Shown here: positions 18,532-28,067 of the stretch, piece by piece
Position numbering within the stretch: the stretch's first letter is position 1
How the letters are laid out: each line of letters starts with the position of its first letter
From: Dehalococcoidia bacterium
GTDB taxonomy: Bacteria > Chloroflexota > Dehalococcoidia > SM23-28-2 > HRBIN24
Assembly (NCBI GenBank): GCA_032249735.1
Contig: JAVVHA010000001.1
Coordinates: 2,588-66,587, forward strand
DNA: 64,000 nucleotides
Direction: 5' to 3'
The notes under the pieces: model-generated
The model's database searches: none
Told to the model about the DNA's origin: nothing
Seen by the model: only the letters and a program-made list of their open reading frames with translations
Translations under genes and position numbers: made by a program

Positions 18532-19521
18532 ATGGGTGGGGAGGGCTCCCTCCGTCTGCATCCTTGGGCCCTGTCCGTAGAAGGGCTCCTCCTGGGGGAC
18601 GAGGAGGGGGAGGACGAGGGGGTGACGGCGGAGCGGAGGATAGACCCTCAGGTGGAGGTGGGCATAGAGGCCTGGGGCCCCTTGGAGCCAAGGGTTGAAT
18701 CGCCGCTAGAGGGCGTTCTCTTTGTCGATGGCGTGCGGCGAGTGGATGCCGGGGTGGTGCAGCAGGAAGGGGGCCACCTCTACTGGGGCCTGTTTGGCTC
18801 CTACGGCGTAGGGGCTGTGGAGTGCCGCCACAGGCAAGCGCGGGTGGTGGTTGAGCATGTGGAGCGACGCCTGGTGCTGGGGGGTGGCACGGTGCCCGAC
18901 TTGCTGCGCATCCCGTGTGGGTCGTCCGTCCTGGAGTATAGGGGCGTCCTCTCTAGGAATCGACAGCAGGAGGTACGAGGGGAGCTGCAGCGCCTGATGC
19001 GCGACACGGAGGGGGCCCTCATCTCTAGCCTGGGCGATGGCCTGCTCTTAATGGTGGACGGGCCTCTCACCTTCCAGGTGCCCAGGGACATGCCCGTCTT
19101 GGGATACGCCAAGAGCCACTACCGCCGTTACTTGGAGGACCCAAAGCTGGTGCAAGTGGTGCTGGACCTTCCTCCCGGCACGCGCACGCCCCTATTTCTC
19201 ATACCTCGGGAAGGTGGTCACGACCTCCTCTCCTGGTATGCGCGGGTGGCTCCCTCACCCATACCGCGTCACCCTCTGGTGGGTATCGTCCGCCTGGAGA
19301 TGTGGGCGGCCATGGGGCTGGAGGCGGCTGTCCGCCTGGCCGACTTGGCCACGGCCCTCATACCCCGCTTTGCCTCCACCGCTCAGTGGGACCCCAGGGC
19401 GCCGGTGAACCTCCACCCAGTGGCTGCCCTGGAGGAGAGGTTGCGGCACCGCCTCGGCGACCACGGGTGGGTGCGCCGAGGGATCGAACAGTTCCTATTC
19501 CGAGGAGGGGAGGAGTCATGA
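18532..19521 (+). CDS. nurA: NurA-like 5'-3' nuclease
   Basis: 329 aa; VLFVDGVRRVD and LLLMVDGPLTF resemble NurA motifs I and III (DGS, DGsL); overlaps the herA start (ATGA). Confidence 0.55.
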   Translation: MGGEGSLRLHPWALSVEGLLLGDEEGEDEGVTAERRIDPQVEVGIEAWGPLEPRVESPLEGVLFVDGVRRVDAGVVQQEGGHLYWGLFGSYGVGAVECRHRQARVVVEHVERRLVLGGGTVPDLLRIPCGSSVLEYRGVLSRNRQQEVRGELQRLMRDTEGALISSLGDGLLLMVDGPLTFQVPRDMPVLGYAKSHYRRYLEDPKLVQVVLDLPPGTRTPLFLIPREGGHDLLSWYARVAPSPIPRHPLVGIVRLEMWAAMGLEAAVRLADLATALIPRFASTAQWDPRAPVNLHPVAALEERLRHRLGDHGWVRRGIEQFLFRGGEES

Positions 19522-21167
19522 CTCAGGTGGGCCTGGTGTTAGGCACCGAGGACGCTTATCCCCTGGAGTTCTGGGTGGGGGTTGCTGAAGGCCAGTATCT
19601 GCAGCTGGACGACGTGGTCTATGTGGAAACAGAGGTGCCAGGGCTCAAGAAGGGCGTGAAGATCTACGGGGTGGTGGACCTGGTCCGCTCGCGCTATGAG
19701 GGCGCCCGCTTCGACTCCGACGTCTTCCGGGCCAGCGAGGGCATCCTGCCGGTGGGCATCGCCACCTCCGCCCATGTCTCCGTCACCAGAGTGGATCCAG
19801 AGATCTATGTGCCGCCGCGGCCGGGCCAAGCGGTCCATCGGGCATCAGGGGAGGAGCGTGATCGGGCCCTTTTCTTCGATACCATGACCCGCCGTTTCCC
19901 CGTCGGTCTCGCCCGCGACGGCCAGCCCCTGTGGGCCGATCTGGATTATCTGGACGGCACCAAGGGCGCCCACGTCAACATCGCTGGGATCTCGGGGGTG
20001 GCTACCAAGACCTCTTACGCTATGTTTTTGCTTTATAGCCTCTTCCACCATCCTAACACCGCCGAGGCCCAAGGTGTGAAGAATGCCAGCGCTATCATTT
20101 TCAATGTCAAGGGGGAAGACCTGCTCTTCCTGGACCGCCCCAATGCCCGCCTCCGCGACGAGCATCGCCATATCTACCAGGCCATGGGGCTGCCCGTGGG
20201 GCCCTTCCAGGACGTGCGTCTGTGGGCTCCTCCCGCCAAGTCCAATCCGTTTGAACTTGTCCCGGACACCGATGCGCGGCAGGATGGGGTGGGCGTCTTT
20301 TGTTGGAGCCTAAAGGAGTTTTGCCAAGGCCGCCTCTTGCGCTTCCTTTTCGCCGATGCCGATACCGAGAGCCAGCTAGCCTACGCCGTAGCCGCTGCCG
20401 AACGCTATCTGTTTGAAAAGACGGCGGGGCAGCCCCGGGGCCAGGCGTGGGTGCAGGTGGACGGACGTCGTCTCACCAGCTTCCAGGACCTGGTGAGCCT
20501 GTTGGACGAGGAGGAGAAGGTGTTTTCTCGCCTGGCCCCTGCAACCGTGGCCGCCTTTCGCCGCCGCCTCTGGGCGTGCCTGGACACCGTTGGCCACCTC
20601 ATCCGCGGCGATGGTGATCTGGACGCAGAGAAGCACCGCATCGACCCTATGGCCCATAAGCTGAGCGTGGTCCACATCACCAAACTCCACGACCAGGCCA
20701 AGCGCTTCGTGGTGGGAGTGGTCCTGAAGCAATTGCTGGAGGCCAAGGACAGCCAGGGCACTCGTGAACCCCTTCTCTTCGTGGTGCTGGACGAGCTCAA
20801 CAAGTATGCCCCCAGGGAAGGGTGGAGCCCCCTAAAGGAGGTGGTCCTGGATATTGCCGAGAGAGGTCGCAGCCTGGGGGTCATTCTTATAGGGGCGCAA
20901 CAGACGGCCAGCGAGGTGGAGAGGCGAGTGGTGACCAATGCCGCCTTCCGGGTGACGGGCCGTTTAGACATGGCGGAGGCCGAACGCAGCGAGTACGGGT
21001 TCTTAGGGGACTTCGCCAGGCGCAGGGCCGCCATCCTGACCTCGGGGAGCCTATTCTTCTCGCAGCCTTCCATCCCCTTGCCTGTGCTGGTGCGCTTCCC
21101 CTTCCCGGCCTGGGCTACCAGGCACGAGGAGGCTCGCAGCCCTGATCCCTGGAGCCGGCTGCGATGA
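19518..21167 (+). CDS. herA: HerA-like FtsK/HerA-superfamily DNA translocase/helicase ATPase
   Basis: An N-terminal HAS-barrel-like region, Walker B LLFVVLDELNKYAP, and RGRSLGVILIGAQQTASEV (HerA arginine-finger/sensor block). The Walker A, GAHVNIAGISGVATKTS, is non-canonical. Confidence 0.7.
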   Translation: MTQVGLVLGTEDAYPLEFWVGVAEGQYLQLDDVVYVETEVPGLKKGVKIYGVVDLVRSRYEGARFDSDVFRASEGILPVGIATSAHVSVTRVDPEIYVPPRPGQAVHRASGEERDRALFFDTMTRRFPVGLARDGQPLWADLDYLDGTKGAHVNIAGISGVATKTSYAMFLLYSLFHHPNTAEAQGVKNASAIIFNVKGEDLLFLDRPNARLRDEHRHIYQAMGLPVGPFQDVRLWAPPAKSNPFELVPDTDARQDGVGVFCWSLKEFCQGRLLRFLFADADTESQLAYAVAAAERYLFEKTAGQPRGQAWVQVDGRRLTSFQDLVSLLDEEEKVFSRLAPATVAAFRRRLWACLDTVGHLIRGDGDLDAEKHRIDPMAHKLSVVHITKLHDQAKRFVVGVVLKQLLEAKDSQGTREPLLFVVLDELNKYAPREGWSPLKEVVLDIAERGRSLGVILIGAQQTASEVERRVVTNAAFRVTGRLDMAEAERSEYGFLGDFARRRAAILTSGSLFFSQPSIPLPVLVRFPFPAWATRHEEARSPDPWSRLR

Positions 21168-22342
21168 GGTTTCTCCACACCAGCGATTGGCACCTGGGGA
21201 AGCCCCTGCGCCATCTAAGGCGGGACAGGGAGTTCGAGGATGTGCTGCAGGAGATCCTAGACGTGGCCCGCATGGAGAGGGTGGACTGCCTGCTCGTGGC
21301 GGGCGACCTGTTCGATTCGGTGGCCCCGCCCGCCGAGGCCGAGAGGATGGCCTTCGAGTTCTTCCGCGAGCTGTACGGAGCGGGGATCCAAGCTGTGGTC
21401 ATCGCTGGTAACCACGACCATCAAAGGCGCCTCACCGCCTTCGGGCGCGTCCTGGATCTAGTGGGCATACATGTGCGGGCGGAGCCATCCCAGGAAGGAG
21501 CGGTGGTGGGCATAAGGGGTCGCGATGGCGAGGAGGCGGCTGTGGCCGTGTTGCCCTGGGTCCCAGAAAGGCGGGTGCGCACCTGGGAGGCCATGCGGGG
21601 CGCCGGGGTGGAGAGCTTCCAGCAGTACGCCGATGTAGTGGCCGATCTCCTGGACGGTCTGGAGCGGAGCCTCCCGAGGAATGTTGTGCGTATCATCATG
21701 GCCCACCTTTTTGTAGAAGGTGGCATCGTCGGTGGCGAGGGAGCGGGAGAGAGGCCTTTGCACCTGGGCCAGGTGTATGCGGTCAAGCGCCAGCGCCTCC
21801 CTTATGTGGACTACATGGCCCTGGGCCACCTCCATCGGCCCCAGGCCATCCGCCCGCGCCCTCCCGTCTACTATTCTGGCTCCATATTGCAGCTGGACTT
21901 TGGCGAGGTGGGCCAGAGAAAATGCGTCTATCTGGTGGATGTTTCGCCAGGCAAAGAGGCCCACGTGGAGGAGGTGCCTCTCACCAAGCCACGCCCCCTC
22001 TACGACCTGGGCAGCCCCAAGACGCCTCTTACCATGGAGCAGGTGCGGGCGGAGGTGAAGGCAAGGGGAGGCGAGCTGACACAGGGGTATGTGCGGGTCT
22101 TCCTGCGGGCGGAGGGGTTGTCCCCTTCCTTAGTGGAAGAGGTGAGGAAGGCCATCCCCACGGCTGTGGAGGTGAAGGTGATGGCCTCGCGTCCCAAGCA
22201 GGAGGTCAGGCCATCGGTGCGTGACCTCTCGCCCATAGAGCTGTTCACCCTATACCATCGGCAAGAGCAGGGAGGTGACCCCCCCGGCGAGCTTGTCCGT
22301 CTTTTCCAGGAGCTGATGCAGGAGGTCCATGAGGCCCCGTAG
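21164..22342 (+). CDS. sbcD: Mre11/SbcD-family nuclease
   Basis: MRFLHTSDWHLGK, VDCLLVAGDLFD and VVIAGNHD are calcineurin-like phosphoesterase motifs of the SbcD/Mre11 family. Confidence 0.85.
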   Translation: MRFLHTSDWHLGKPLRHLRRDREFEDVLQEILDVARMERVDCLLVAGDLFDSVAPPAEAERMAFEFFRELYGAGIQAVVIAGNHDHQRRLTAFGRVLDLVGIHVRAEPSQEGAVVGIRGRDGEEAAVAVLPWVPERRVRTWEAMRGAGVESFQQYADVVADLLDGLERSLPRNVVRIIMAHLFVEGGIVGGEGAGERPLHLGQVYAVKRQRLPYVDYMALGHLHRPQAIRPRPPVYYSGSILQLDFGEVGQRKCVYLVDVSPGKEAHVEEVPLTKPRPLYDLGSPKTPLTMEQVRAEVKARGGELTQGYVRVFLRAEGLSPSLVEEVRKAIPTAVEVKVMASRPKQEVRPSVRDLSPIELFTLYHRQEQGGDPPGELVRLFQELMQEVHEAP

Positions 22343-25211
22343 GCTGGTGTTGCAGAACTTCACATCCTATCGTGGCCTGGTGGAGGTGGACTTTAGCGAC
22401 CTGGACCTCTTCGCCATCACTGGGCCCAATGGGGCGGGCAAGAGCTCGTTGGTGGAGGCCATGGTCTACGCCCTCTACGGCCGTGCCCCCCGTGTGGACG
22501 ATGAGGTGCGTCAGCTTATCAGCCAAGGGACGGACTGGCTGCGGGTGGAGCTGGAGTTCGAATGCGGGGGGCGGGTCTTCCGCGTCACTCGTTCCACGGG
22601 CCGGCGGGCCATCATCCAGCTAGAGGAGCTCACTTCGGAGGGGATATGGGAGCCCAAGGCCGATAGGGTGAAGGAGGCCGAGCTCATCGTCCAGCAGGTG
22701 ATCGGGCTGGACTACGATGCCTTCGTGCGTTCCATCTTCCTCCCCCAAGGCCGGTTCCAGGAGCTCCTGGTGGGCGATCCCCAGAAGCGTAACCGCCTCC
22801 TGGACGAGCTCTTACGGCTGGATATCTATAAGGAGGTCATGCGCCGGGCCAACGAGCTAGCCCGGCGGAGCAGGGAGCAGGCGGAGGGGCTCGCCCGGCG
22901 TCTGAGCGCCGAGCTGGCCGAGGCCACCCTCGAGAACCTGCAGAAGCTGCGGGAGCGCAGGCTAGCCCTGGCCCAGGAACGGGCAAGGGTGGGCCGGTGG
23001 GAGGAGCATCTGCAACAGGCCCGCGGCCTGGCTATCCGCCTGGAGGAGAAGGGCCATCTCCGGGGATCTGCCCTCTCCCGCCTTGAGGAATTGGATCGGG
23101 AGGTGGCCCAGGTTAGCGACCGCCTGAGCTGGCAGGAGGCACGGCAGAAGGAGCTGCAGGGCGCCCTCACTCATCTGCGCCAAGAGCTGGCCTCCCTACA
23201 TGTGGACCAGGAACGGTACGATCTGGTGCGCGATGCTCTCTCCCATGCTTCTCGTGCTCTGGAGGCGCTGCAACGGTGGCAGCACCTGGCCTCCCAGTTA
23301 AACGACCTGGAGTCGGAAATAGCGGCAATGCGCCAGAGGGCCCAGGAGGCCCAAGCACAGCTCGCCCGCGCTGAGGAGGCCCACAAGGCTGCTGCACAGG
23401 AGATGGAACGGGTCCAGGCGGAGCTGCAAGAGGCCGTTTCCCGCCTCCAGGCTGTAGCCCCTCTGGTGGAGGAGCTACGACGCAAGGAGGGAGAGCTAGC
23501 CTCCCTAGAAGGGGAGGTGCGAGCTCGCGAGACAGCGTTGCGGGACGCCCAGGCCCACCGGGACGCGTCCTTTGCTCAGCTTGAGAAGGCGCAAAGGGCC
23601 CTTCAACAGGCGGCCGCCGCATGGGAGGATGCCCAGCGCGTCCATGCAGCCGCCGTGCTCAGGCAGGACCTGAAGGAGGGGCAGGCATGTCCCGTGTGTG
23701 GGCAGTTGGTCCATCGGTTGCCGGCACCTGGCCACCCCCCCGACCTAGAGAGAACGCGTCGACGGTGGCAAGAGGCCCAGCAGGAGGAGCGGAAGGCAAA
23801 CGATGCCCTAAGGGACGCCGACAGCCGGCTGGCCGACGCCCGCCGTGCCTACAACGAGGGGCGTTTTAGGCTGCAGGCCCTGGGGCAGGAGATGGACCAG
23901 CTGCGCCGTCGTCTTCAGGAGACCATCGGGGAGGGGCTCTCCCCCCAGGAGGCCTTGGCTGCCCTGGAGAGGGCGGCGCACCATGCCCAACGTCGGCTGG
24001 AGCGGGCCAAGGAAGACCTCGAGATGGCCAGCCATGCCCTGCATGTTGCCCAGCAGAAGGAGCGCCAAGCCCAGATCCAGACAGCACGCCTGGAAGAGCA
24101 GGCCCAAGCGCTGCGCCGTGAGATGGCCGAAGCCCAAGGCACGTACGAGATCTATAGCGCGTCCCTCTCTCGTCTCTTGCAGCAGCGGTGGCCCCTGAGC
24201 ATAGGCCCTGAAGAGTTAGCTCAGGAGGCCGCGAGCAAGGGCCACCCCATGGAGGCTCTCGTCATCCCCTGGCTTCAAAAGGAGCTGGAGGCCTTGCGGG
24301 GGGCCATCAGGAGGCGTCAGGAGCTCTCCCAGCAAGAGCAGCGGCTGGCTCAAGAGGCGGAAGCGATAGAACGGGAAGTGGCTGCCGCTCGCTCCGCCCT
24401 AGTGCAGCTGACAGCTGAGGCTTCCCAACTGCGGCGTCAGGCCCAAGAGGCGGAGAGGGACTGCCAACTCCTGTGGAAGGAGCTGGAGGCCTTGGCCCAA
24501 AAGGCCGATTGGGAGCCCCTTCAGGCGGCCTTATCCCAGGGCAACGGCATCTCTCGAGCTATCGAGAAATTAGCCCACGACCTCCGTCAGCAGGCTGATG
24601 AGCTTGAGCGCGAACGCGCCACAGTGGATGCCAAACTGAGGGAGATGGAGAAGGGGCTGGAGTTGGCCCGCTCCCTTAGGAAGGAGATGGAAACGCTGGA
24701 GAACAAGGCGCGGCTGGCGGAGGGGCTGGGCCTTCTCCTGCGCTCCGACAGGTTCCAGCAGTTCCTGCGTGAGGAAGCCATGCGCATCTTGGCCGAGGAC
24801 GCCTCCCGCTACCTCTATGACCTCACAAGAGGACGTTATACCCTCAGCGTTCAGGGCAAGGGGTTCTATGTGGCGGACCATTGGTTGGGGGGGCTGGAGA
24901 GGCCTGCCCACCTGCTCAGCGGCGCCGAGACCTTCCTTGCGTCCCTTTGCCTGGCCTTGGCCCTGGCCAACCGCGTCCCCCAGCTGGCTTACGGGGAGAG
25001 GCGTCCCCTAGAGAGCCTTTTCATCGATGAGGGGTTCGGCACCCTAGACGAAGACAACTTAGACATGGTATCGGCAGCGCTGGAGGGGTTGTGCGGACAA
25101 GGCCGTATGGTGGGCATCATTACCCACATCGCTGCCCTGGCCGACCGCATGCCTGCACGCTTGCGAGTGGAGCGCACTGAGAACGGAAGCAGGGTGGTTA
25201 AGGACTACTAA
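22329..25211 (+). CDS. sbcC: Rad50/SbcC-family SMC-like ATPase
   Basis: 960 aa; N-terminal ITGPNGAGKSS, a long coiled coil with a central CPVCGQ zinc hook, and C-terminal signature/Walker B (LFIDEGFGTLD). Confidence 0.85.
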   Translation: MRPRRLVLQNFTSYRGLVEVDFSDLDLFAITGPNGAGKSSLVEAMVYALYGRAPRVDDEVRQLISQGTDWLRVELEFECGGRVFRVTRSTGRRAIIQLEELTSEGIWEPKADRVKEAELIVQQVIGLDYDAFVRSIFLPQGRFQELLVGDPQKRNRLLDELLRLDIYKEVMRRANELARRSREQAEGLARRLSAELAEATLENLQKLRERRLALAQERARVGRWEEHLQQARGLAIRLEEKGHLRGSALSRLEELDREVAQVSDRLSWQEARQKELQGALTHLRQELASLHVDQERYDLVRDALSHASRALEALQRWQHLASQLNDLESEIAAMRQRAQEAQAQLARAEEAHKAAAQEMERVQAELQEAVSRLQAVAPLVEELRRKEGELASLEGEVRARETALRDAQAHRDASFAQLEKAQRALQQAAAAWEDAQRVHAAAVLRQDLKEGQACPVCGQLVHRLPAPGHPPDLERTRRRWQEAQQEERKANDALRDADSRLADARRAYNEGRFRLQALGQEMDQLRRRLQETIGEGLSPQEALAALERAAHHAQRRLERAKEDLEMASHALHVAQQKERQAQIQTARLEEQAQALRREMAEAQGTYEIYSASLSRLLQQRWPLSIGPEELAQEAASKGHPMEALVIPWLQKELEALRGAIRRRQELSQQEQRLAQEAEAIEREVAAARSALVQLTAEASQLRRQAQEAERDCQLLWKELEALAQKADWEPLQAALSQGNGISRAIEKLAHDLRQQADELERERATVDAKLREMEKGLELARSLRKEMETLENKARLAEGLGLLLRSDRFQQFLREEAMRILAEDASRYLYDLTRGRYTLSVQGKGFYVADHWLGGLERPAHLLSGAETFLASLCLALALANRVPQLAYGERRPLESLFIDEGFGTLDEDNLDMVSAALEGLCGQGRMVGIITHIAALADRMPARLRVERTENGSRVVKDY

Positions 25212-25218
25212 GGGGGGA

Positions 25219-25293
25219 TGGTGCCGGGGGTGGGAGTCGAACCCACGACACCACGGTTTTCAGCCGTGTGCTCTACCGCTGAGCTACCCCGGC
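25219..25293 (-). tRNA. tRNA-Phe (anticodon GAA), CCA encoded
   Basis: The reverse complement folds as a cloverleaf: acceptor GCCGGGG/CCCCGGC, D-arm GCTC-AGCGGTA-GAGC, anticodon stem CACGG/CCGTG with loop CTGAAAA, T-arm GTGGG-TTCGACT-CCCAC, then ACCA. Confidence 0.85.
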
Positions 25294-25355
25294 CCAATGC
25301 CAGTCTAATAAGGGCCTCCTGGGGCCGTCAATGACCTCCCCGAAGCGGCTCGCCC

Positions 25356-26273
25356 GTGCTATACTCAGCCCTCGTGAGGCCCCTACTGGTAATAGGCAGG
25401 GCTGGCAGCGGCAAGACGACCGTCGCCCTTGGCTTGGCCCACCTGCTGGGCCATTCCCATCGTCAGGTCACACTTCTCCGCCTGGGCACCGACCAAAGGG
25501 CACGCCATGACGCTCGCCTCTTCCACCGTCTGGGTCTATCTACCCAGGGGGAGCCATTATCGGCCCTCCCTCCGTCCTTGCCCACTATAGCGGTGGTGGA
25601 GGGAGAGGCGGAGGCGTTGCCGCCAGGGTGGCAGGAGGCGGGGGCCAGAGTAGTGGTGGTGGCCCGCTACCCCCATGTCCAAGACGCGCTCTCCCTTTTG
25701 GGCCAGGTAGAGGAGGCCCTGCTAGGGATGGTGGTCACTTGTGTGCCGGAGCGCCGCCAGAAGCAGCTGGCAAAGCAGCTGGCAGGGGCCCCCGTGCTAG
25801 GCATGGTGCAAGAGGACCGACTCCTGGCCTTCCCCACCCTGGGCCAGTTACAAGAAGCGGTGGAGGCTCAAGCCTTCTGGTCGGTGGGCCATGAGGAGAT
25901 GGCCTTAAGCAGGGTGGTCATCTCCTCCATCGCCAAGGACCCCGGGCAGGACTACTTCGCCCGCCTTCGGCCCGACGCTGTCATCGTCCGCAGCGACAAG
26001 CCTGATCAGCAGCTGGCGGCCCTTAACGTGGGCGTCCGCTGCCTCCTCGTCACCGGCGATACCCCTATCCTTCCTTACGTGCTGGCCCGTGCCGAGGAGG
26101 AGGGGACGGCCATCTTAGCGACCCCTTTGGGGACGGTAGAGGTAGCGGAGAGGCTTGACGCCCTTATCGCCTCTGCACCCCTCGCTGGCCGCGAGAAGGC
26201 CGAGAGGGCGGCCCATCTGGTGGCTTCGGCTATCGACGCTGAAAGGGTCTTGGCTTCCCTACGATGGCCTTAG
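25356..26273 (+). CDS. P-loop NTPase with C-terminal DRTGG domain (Pta N-terminal/BioD-like family)
   Basis: LLVIGRAGSGKTT P-loop near the N-terminus; a C-terminal block (VIVRSDKPDQQLAALNVGVRCLLVTGD) resembles the DRTGG domain. The GTG start is uncertain. Confidence 0.5.
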   Translation: MLYSALVRPLLVIGRAGSGKTTVALGLAHLLGHSHRQVTLLRLGTDQRARHDARLFHRLGLSTQGEPLSALPPSLPTIAVVEGEAEALPPGWQEAGARVVVVARYPHVQDALSLLGQVEEALLGMVVTCVPERRQKQLAKQLAGAPVLGMVQEDRLLAFPTLGQLQEAVEAQAFWSVGHEEMALSRVVISSIAKDPGQDYFARLRPDAVIVRSDKPDQQLAALNVGVRCLLVTGDTPILPYVLARAEEEGTAILATPLGTVEVAERLDALIASAPLAGREKAERAAHLVASAIDAERVLASLRWP

Positions 26274-26794
26274 TCGTCGGCCTGGGAGATGGGCTCCACC
26301 AGGGAGGCGGGTGCCCTACGGGATGGCGCCCGTGGCTCCATCCCGCGGGGTGTCCCGCAATAGGGGCATATAGCCCAGAACAGGCTAAGAGGACGGCGGC
26401 ACCGCTCGCATGGCTCCCGCAGTCGGGTGCGGCAATAGGGGCAAAAGAGGAACTCCCTCTCCACAGGCTGGCGACACTCGTAGCATACCGCCCCCTCCCC
26501 CACCTCCCGCAAAAGGGCCTCCTGCTCCAGGGAACGGCTATAGGCCTCGTCCAAAGATTCCCGGGGCCGCAACAGTAAATAAAGGAGAAGGCCCGGCAAG
26601 TTGAAGCCAGGGAAGAATAGAACCACCAACGCTACCGACAGAAGGCGAGGGACCACGGCTTCTGTGCGGTCGCGTATGTCCCTGAAGACCCAGAGGACGA
26701 TGCCAAGCCAGATGAGAAAGAGCCAGAGGCCACCGATGAACGCTCCTAAGCGGATCGCTGCGTCCTGATCCATGGGGGCGCCCGCCAGTTCCAA
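26270..26794 (-). CDS. Membrane-anchored double zinc-ribbon protein
   Basis: Two N-terminal TM helices, then CYECRQ...CPYCRT and CERCRR...CPYCGT zinc-ribbon pairs. Confidence 0.4.
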   Translation of the reverse strand: MELAGAPMDQDAAIRLGAFIGGLWLFLIWLGIVLWVFRDIRDRTEAVVPRLLSVALVVLFFPGFNLPGLLLYLLLRPRESLDEAYSRSLEQEALLREVGEGAVCYECRQPVEREFLFCPYCRTRLREPCERCRRPLSLFWAICPYCGTPRGMEPRAPSRRAPASLVEPISQADD

Positions 26795-26882
26795 TTACGA
26801 GCGCATTATATCACGCTCCAAGGAGTGGGCCAACGTGGGTATGACAGGACGCGGCGCTGGCCTTTAAACTTATCCCCGGGCC

Positions 26883-28067
26883 ATGTCTGCCAGCGGCGAC
26901 CGTATAGTCATCACCCTAACCGATATGGCTTTCCAGGGGGCGGCCATAGGCCGGCGCGATGGGTATGTCGTCTTCGCCGACTTCGGTATCCCAGGGGAGG
27001 AAGCGGTGGTGGAGGTGGAGAAGGAGAAGAAGGACTATGCCCTGGGACGGGTGGTGGAGGTACTCTGCCCATCCCCTTGGCGGGTGGACCCCCCATGCCC
27101 TTACTTCGGGGTGTGTGGTGGCTGTCAATGGCAGCACATCGCCTATGAGGAGCAGGTGCAGCTCAAGAGGCAGGTGGTGGCCCAGCAGCTGGCGCGCATC
27201 GGCAAGTTCAACGACCCGCCCGTCTCCCCCACCGTTCCCGCCCCTGAGCCCTTCGGATACCGCAACCATGCCCGCTTTTCAGTGGACAAGGAGGGAAACC
27301 TGGGGTTTGTGTCCCGCCCTGGCCATGGCTACAGGTTCGTGCGCATTGAGCGTTGCCTGCTCATGCACCCGTGGATCAACGAGGCCCTGGCTACACTCCA
27401 AGGGAAGGCGGCGGGCCAGCATCAGGTGGCCATCAGGTACGGTGTCAACACTGGGCAGCCCCTCATCCATCCCGACCTACGTCACGTGGAGCCCTCTGTC
27501 CCTTCTGGGCAGAGGTTCTATGAGGAAGAGCTACTGGGCCATCGCTTCCGCATCTCGGCCGGATCCTTCTTCCAGACCAATACCAGGCAGGCCGAGAGGC
27601 TGGTGGAGTTGGTGAAAAGGGCCGTTTCCCCCCACCCTCAGCAGGTGGTGGTGGATGCCTATGCCGGGGTGGGGACCTTCGCTGCCCTCTTGGCGCCATA
27701 TGTGCGGCGCGTCATCGCCATCGAAGAGTCGGCCTCAGCGGTGGAGGATGCCCTCCACAACATCATGGGCCTTGATAACGTTCTCTACCGCCGGGGGAAG
27801 GTGGAAGTGGTGCTAGGGGAGTTGGGGCTCACGCCTGATGTCATCATCCTGGACCCCCCACGAGCGGGATGCCACGTCCAGGCCATACAGGGGGTCCTGA
27901 AGCTGCGGGCGCCCAAAGTGGTTTATGTATCTTGCGACCCGGCCACTCTGGCCCGGGACTTGCGTCGCCTGTGCGATGGCGGCTATCGCCTTGTGGATGT
28001 CACTCCCATCGATATGTTCCCCCAGACCTATCACATCGAGTGCGTAGCTACCCTGGAGCTTTCCTAA
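26883..28067 (+). CDS. rlmD: 23S rRNA (uracil-C5)-methyltransferase RlmD/RumA family (TRAM + Fe-S + SAM MTase)
   Basis: TRAM-like N-terminus, a [14 protein letters not shown] cluster, and a C-terminal SAM-dependent methyltransferase domain (DAYAGVGTF ... DPPRAG). Confidence 0.8.
   Translation: MSASGDRIVITLTDMAFQGAAIGRRDGYVVFADFGIPGEEAVVEVEKEKKDYALGRVVEVLCPSPWRVDPPCPYFGVCGGCQWQHIAYEEQVQLKRQVVAQQLARIGKFNDPPVSPTVPAPEPFGYRNHARFSVDKEGNLGFVSRPGHGYRFVRIERCLLMHPWINEALATLQGKAAGQHQVAIRYGVNTGQPLIHPDLRHVEPSVPSGQRFYEEELLGHRFRISAGSFFQTNTRQAERLVELVKRAVSPHPQQVVVDAYAGVGTFAALLAPYVRRVIAIEESASAVEDALHNIMGLDNVLYRRGKVEVVLGELGLTPDVIILDPPRAGCHVQAIQGVLKLRAPKVVYVSCDPATLARDLRRLCDGGYRLVDVTPIDMFPQTYHIECVATLELS

Noticed and set aside
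18501-18698. 65-aa ORF overlapping the nurA 5' end, as an upstream small gene
   Set aside because: It shares sequence with the NurA N-terminal region in another frame and has a Gly/Arg-rich translation. The promoter geometry fits the 18532 ATG.
25212-25360. tRNA-Phe as a genomic-island integration site
   Set aside because: The tRNA 3' end is only about 8 nt from the sbcC stop, and the other side begins an ordinary P-loop gene after about 60 nt. There is no integrase, no direct repeat of the tRNA 3' end, and no island.
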